A DNA stretch of 33,968 nucleotides. Source: a virus. Its lineage: Duplodnaviria; Caudoviricetes. Each line of letters begins with the position of its first letter. Within the stretch, counting starts at the first letter, position 1. Shown here piece after piece: positions 32,905 through 33,968 of this stretch. The position numbers were made by a program, and so were the translations under genes. The notes below the pieces were generated by a model. The model did no database searches. It worked only from the letters and a program-made list of their open reading frames with translations, and was not told where the DNA came from. The stretch lies in the IMG/VR virus record IMGVR_UViG_3300048598_000398, positions 1 to 33,968 of that record; one strand, written 5' to 3'.

Positions 32905-33441
32905 TTGAGTGAACACAATGAGCAGTCTTTAGGCGGTTTGCCTGTTCAATCGATGGAAAAAAGTGTTGGAAAAGTTAAGGTGAAGCGTAGTGCGGAGGAG
33001 AAGGTTGGGCGGATTAAGTATAATCAGGTTTTGCTTAAGCGTGCGATTTCGATTTTGGAGAAGGTTGAGGAGACGCAGCGGGTTATTTTGAATGGCCTTA
33101 AGGGTGCTGGATATTTCCGTTTTAGTGTGCCTTTGATTCAGCGGTATGCAACTTGTGACGCCGTCGACGTCGACATAATCGAGCTAATCAAAGAAGCTGG
33201 TAATCAGGGTGTTTTTCCTAAAGATGTCGCGGCAGGCCTGCAGCAGTACAAGCTGGAATATTATGATGTTAGTCGCCGGATCGTGAGGATGAATCGCCGT
33301 CTGCAGCTGGAGACAGGTGAGCTGCTTTTTGAGAAGCGCGGTCATAAGTGGGCGCTTACGAGGTTTGGGTTTGAGGTTTATGGCGCCGGTGACGTTTTAG
33401 ATGTGAACGCTAGCGTTGTGGTTCCTGAGGAGGATTCTTAG
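32905..33441 (+). CDS. Winged-helix DNA-binding protein
   Basis: DIIELIKEAGNQGVFPKDVA...VSRRIVRM...FEKRGHKWALT. Confidence 0.7.
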   Translation: MSEHNEQSLGGLPVQSMEKSVGKVKVKRSAEEKVGRIKYNQVLLKRAISILEKVEETQRVILNGLKGAGYFRFSVPLIQRYATCDAVDVDIIELIKEAGNQGVFPKDVAAGLQQYKLEYYDVSRRIVRMNRRLQLETGELLFEKRGHKWALTRFGFEVYGAGDVLDVNASVVVPEEDS

Positions 33442-33443
33442 TT

Positions 33444-33638
33444 TTGGTTATTTCAGCTGGTGAAGGTTGGTTTAGGAATGATCGTGGGCAGAGGCGGCGT
33501 CATTATTTTAGGGATGATAAGAGTTTGTGCGGTGTTGCTGTTTTGAAGCCTTCTGTTGTTGGGCGTCATTTTCATGTCGATATTGCTGAGTATCGTAAGT
33601 GTTTGGATTGTAAGCGGATGCTTTTGGAGGTTGTTTAG
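33444..33638 (+). CDS. Small Zn-finger protein
   Basis: RHYF...SLCG...KCLDC. Confidence 0.65.
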   Translation: MVISAGEGWFRNDRGQRRRHYFRDDKSLCGVAVLKPSVVGRHFHVDIAEYRKCLDCKRMLLEVV

Positions 33639-33640
33639 GT

Positions 33641-33823
33641 TTGGCGTTGACTGATCGTGAGAAGGAGATTTTGAAGTTGGCTGCTAAGGGTTATAGTGAT
33701 TATAGGGTTGCTCGGCGTTTGCGGAGTTATCCGCGTACTGTTTCTCGTCAGCGTCGGCGTGCTTTGGTGAAGTTGGATAGGGCTAAGTCTGATTTGGATT
33801 TTGCTGACAAATTAAAGAAGTAA
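33641..33823 (+). CDS. LuxR/Tfx-like HTH regulator, candidate late activator
   Basis: LTDREKEILKLAAKGYSDYRVARRL...TVSRQRRRALVKL; ends at the late promoter. Confidence 0.8.
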   Translation: MALTDREKEILKLAAKGYSDYRVARRLRSYPRTVSRQRRRALVKLDRAKSDLDFADKLKK

Positions 33824-33863
33824 TTTGGTAGCCTAAACGGGCTCTCAAGCCTTTTAGGGGTTG
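33824..33863 (+). promoter_or_regulatory. Late promoter element, copy 1 (upstream of the protease across the circular junction)
   Basis: TTTGGTAGCCT-AAAC-GGGCTCTCAAGCCTTTTAGGGGTTG; 36/40 identical to 13718-13757. Confidence 0.75.
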
Positions 33864-33968
33864 CCTTAGAGAGTTTCTTTCTGCTAAGAGTAGTTGGCCT
33901 TTGTTGGCCTGTTAGGTGTGTTTGAAGGGATATGGCTGGCTCTTGTGGTTGTGGCAGTTGCAAGGATT
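33842..33968. repeat. Terminal direct repeat copy (equals 1-127)
   Basis: Exact duplicate of the window start. Confidence 0.95.

Noticed and set aside
32658-32912. 84-aa ORF spanning the candidate origin
   Set aside because: No motif, overlaps both neighbours, atypical composition; treated as probably non-coding.

Overview
The window is an apparently complete, circularly assembled genome (33,841 bp plus a 127-bp end overlap) of a tailed, siphovirus-like archaeal virus with an HK97-type head. An archaeal class III pilin, RHH/AbrB regulators, TATA-box promoters, GGAGG(TG) Shine-Dalgarno sites and many TTG/GTG starts indicate an archaeal host; Bathyarchaeia is my inference from recalled protein families. 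Layout: late operon 1 (protease/scaffold, cement, MCP, portal, neck, tail with a -1 frameshift chaperone, TMP, compositionally distinct tail tip; 91-13698); late operon 2 (membrane proteins, TerS, TerL; 13778-17327), which shares a 40-bp promoter element with operon 1; a control region (17.6-20.6 kb) with three divergent promoter units around a stand-alone pilin gene; and a long early operon (20.8-33.8 kb) with ParB, a catalytically degenerate tyrosine recombinase, an HD-domain protein, a candidate replication initiator and many Zn fingers. The control units are a lambda-OR-like triple 17-bp operator, an AbrB unit and a divergent pair of paralogous RHH genes. The most novel signals are this multi-tier switch (three of its regulator genes are absent from the ORF track, and two lack a canonical start codon), parS-like palindromes with ParB but no ParA, and the virus-encoded pilin. 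All functional calls come from reading motifs by eye; no database searches were run.
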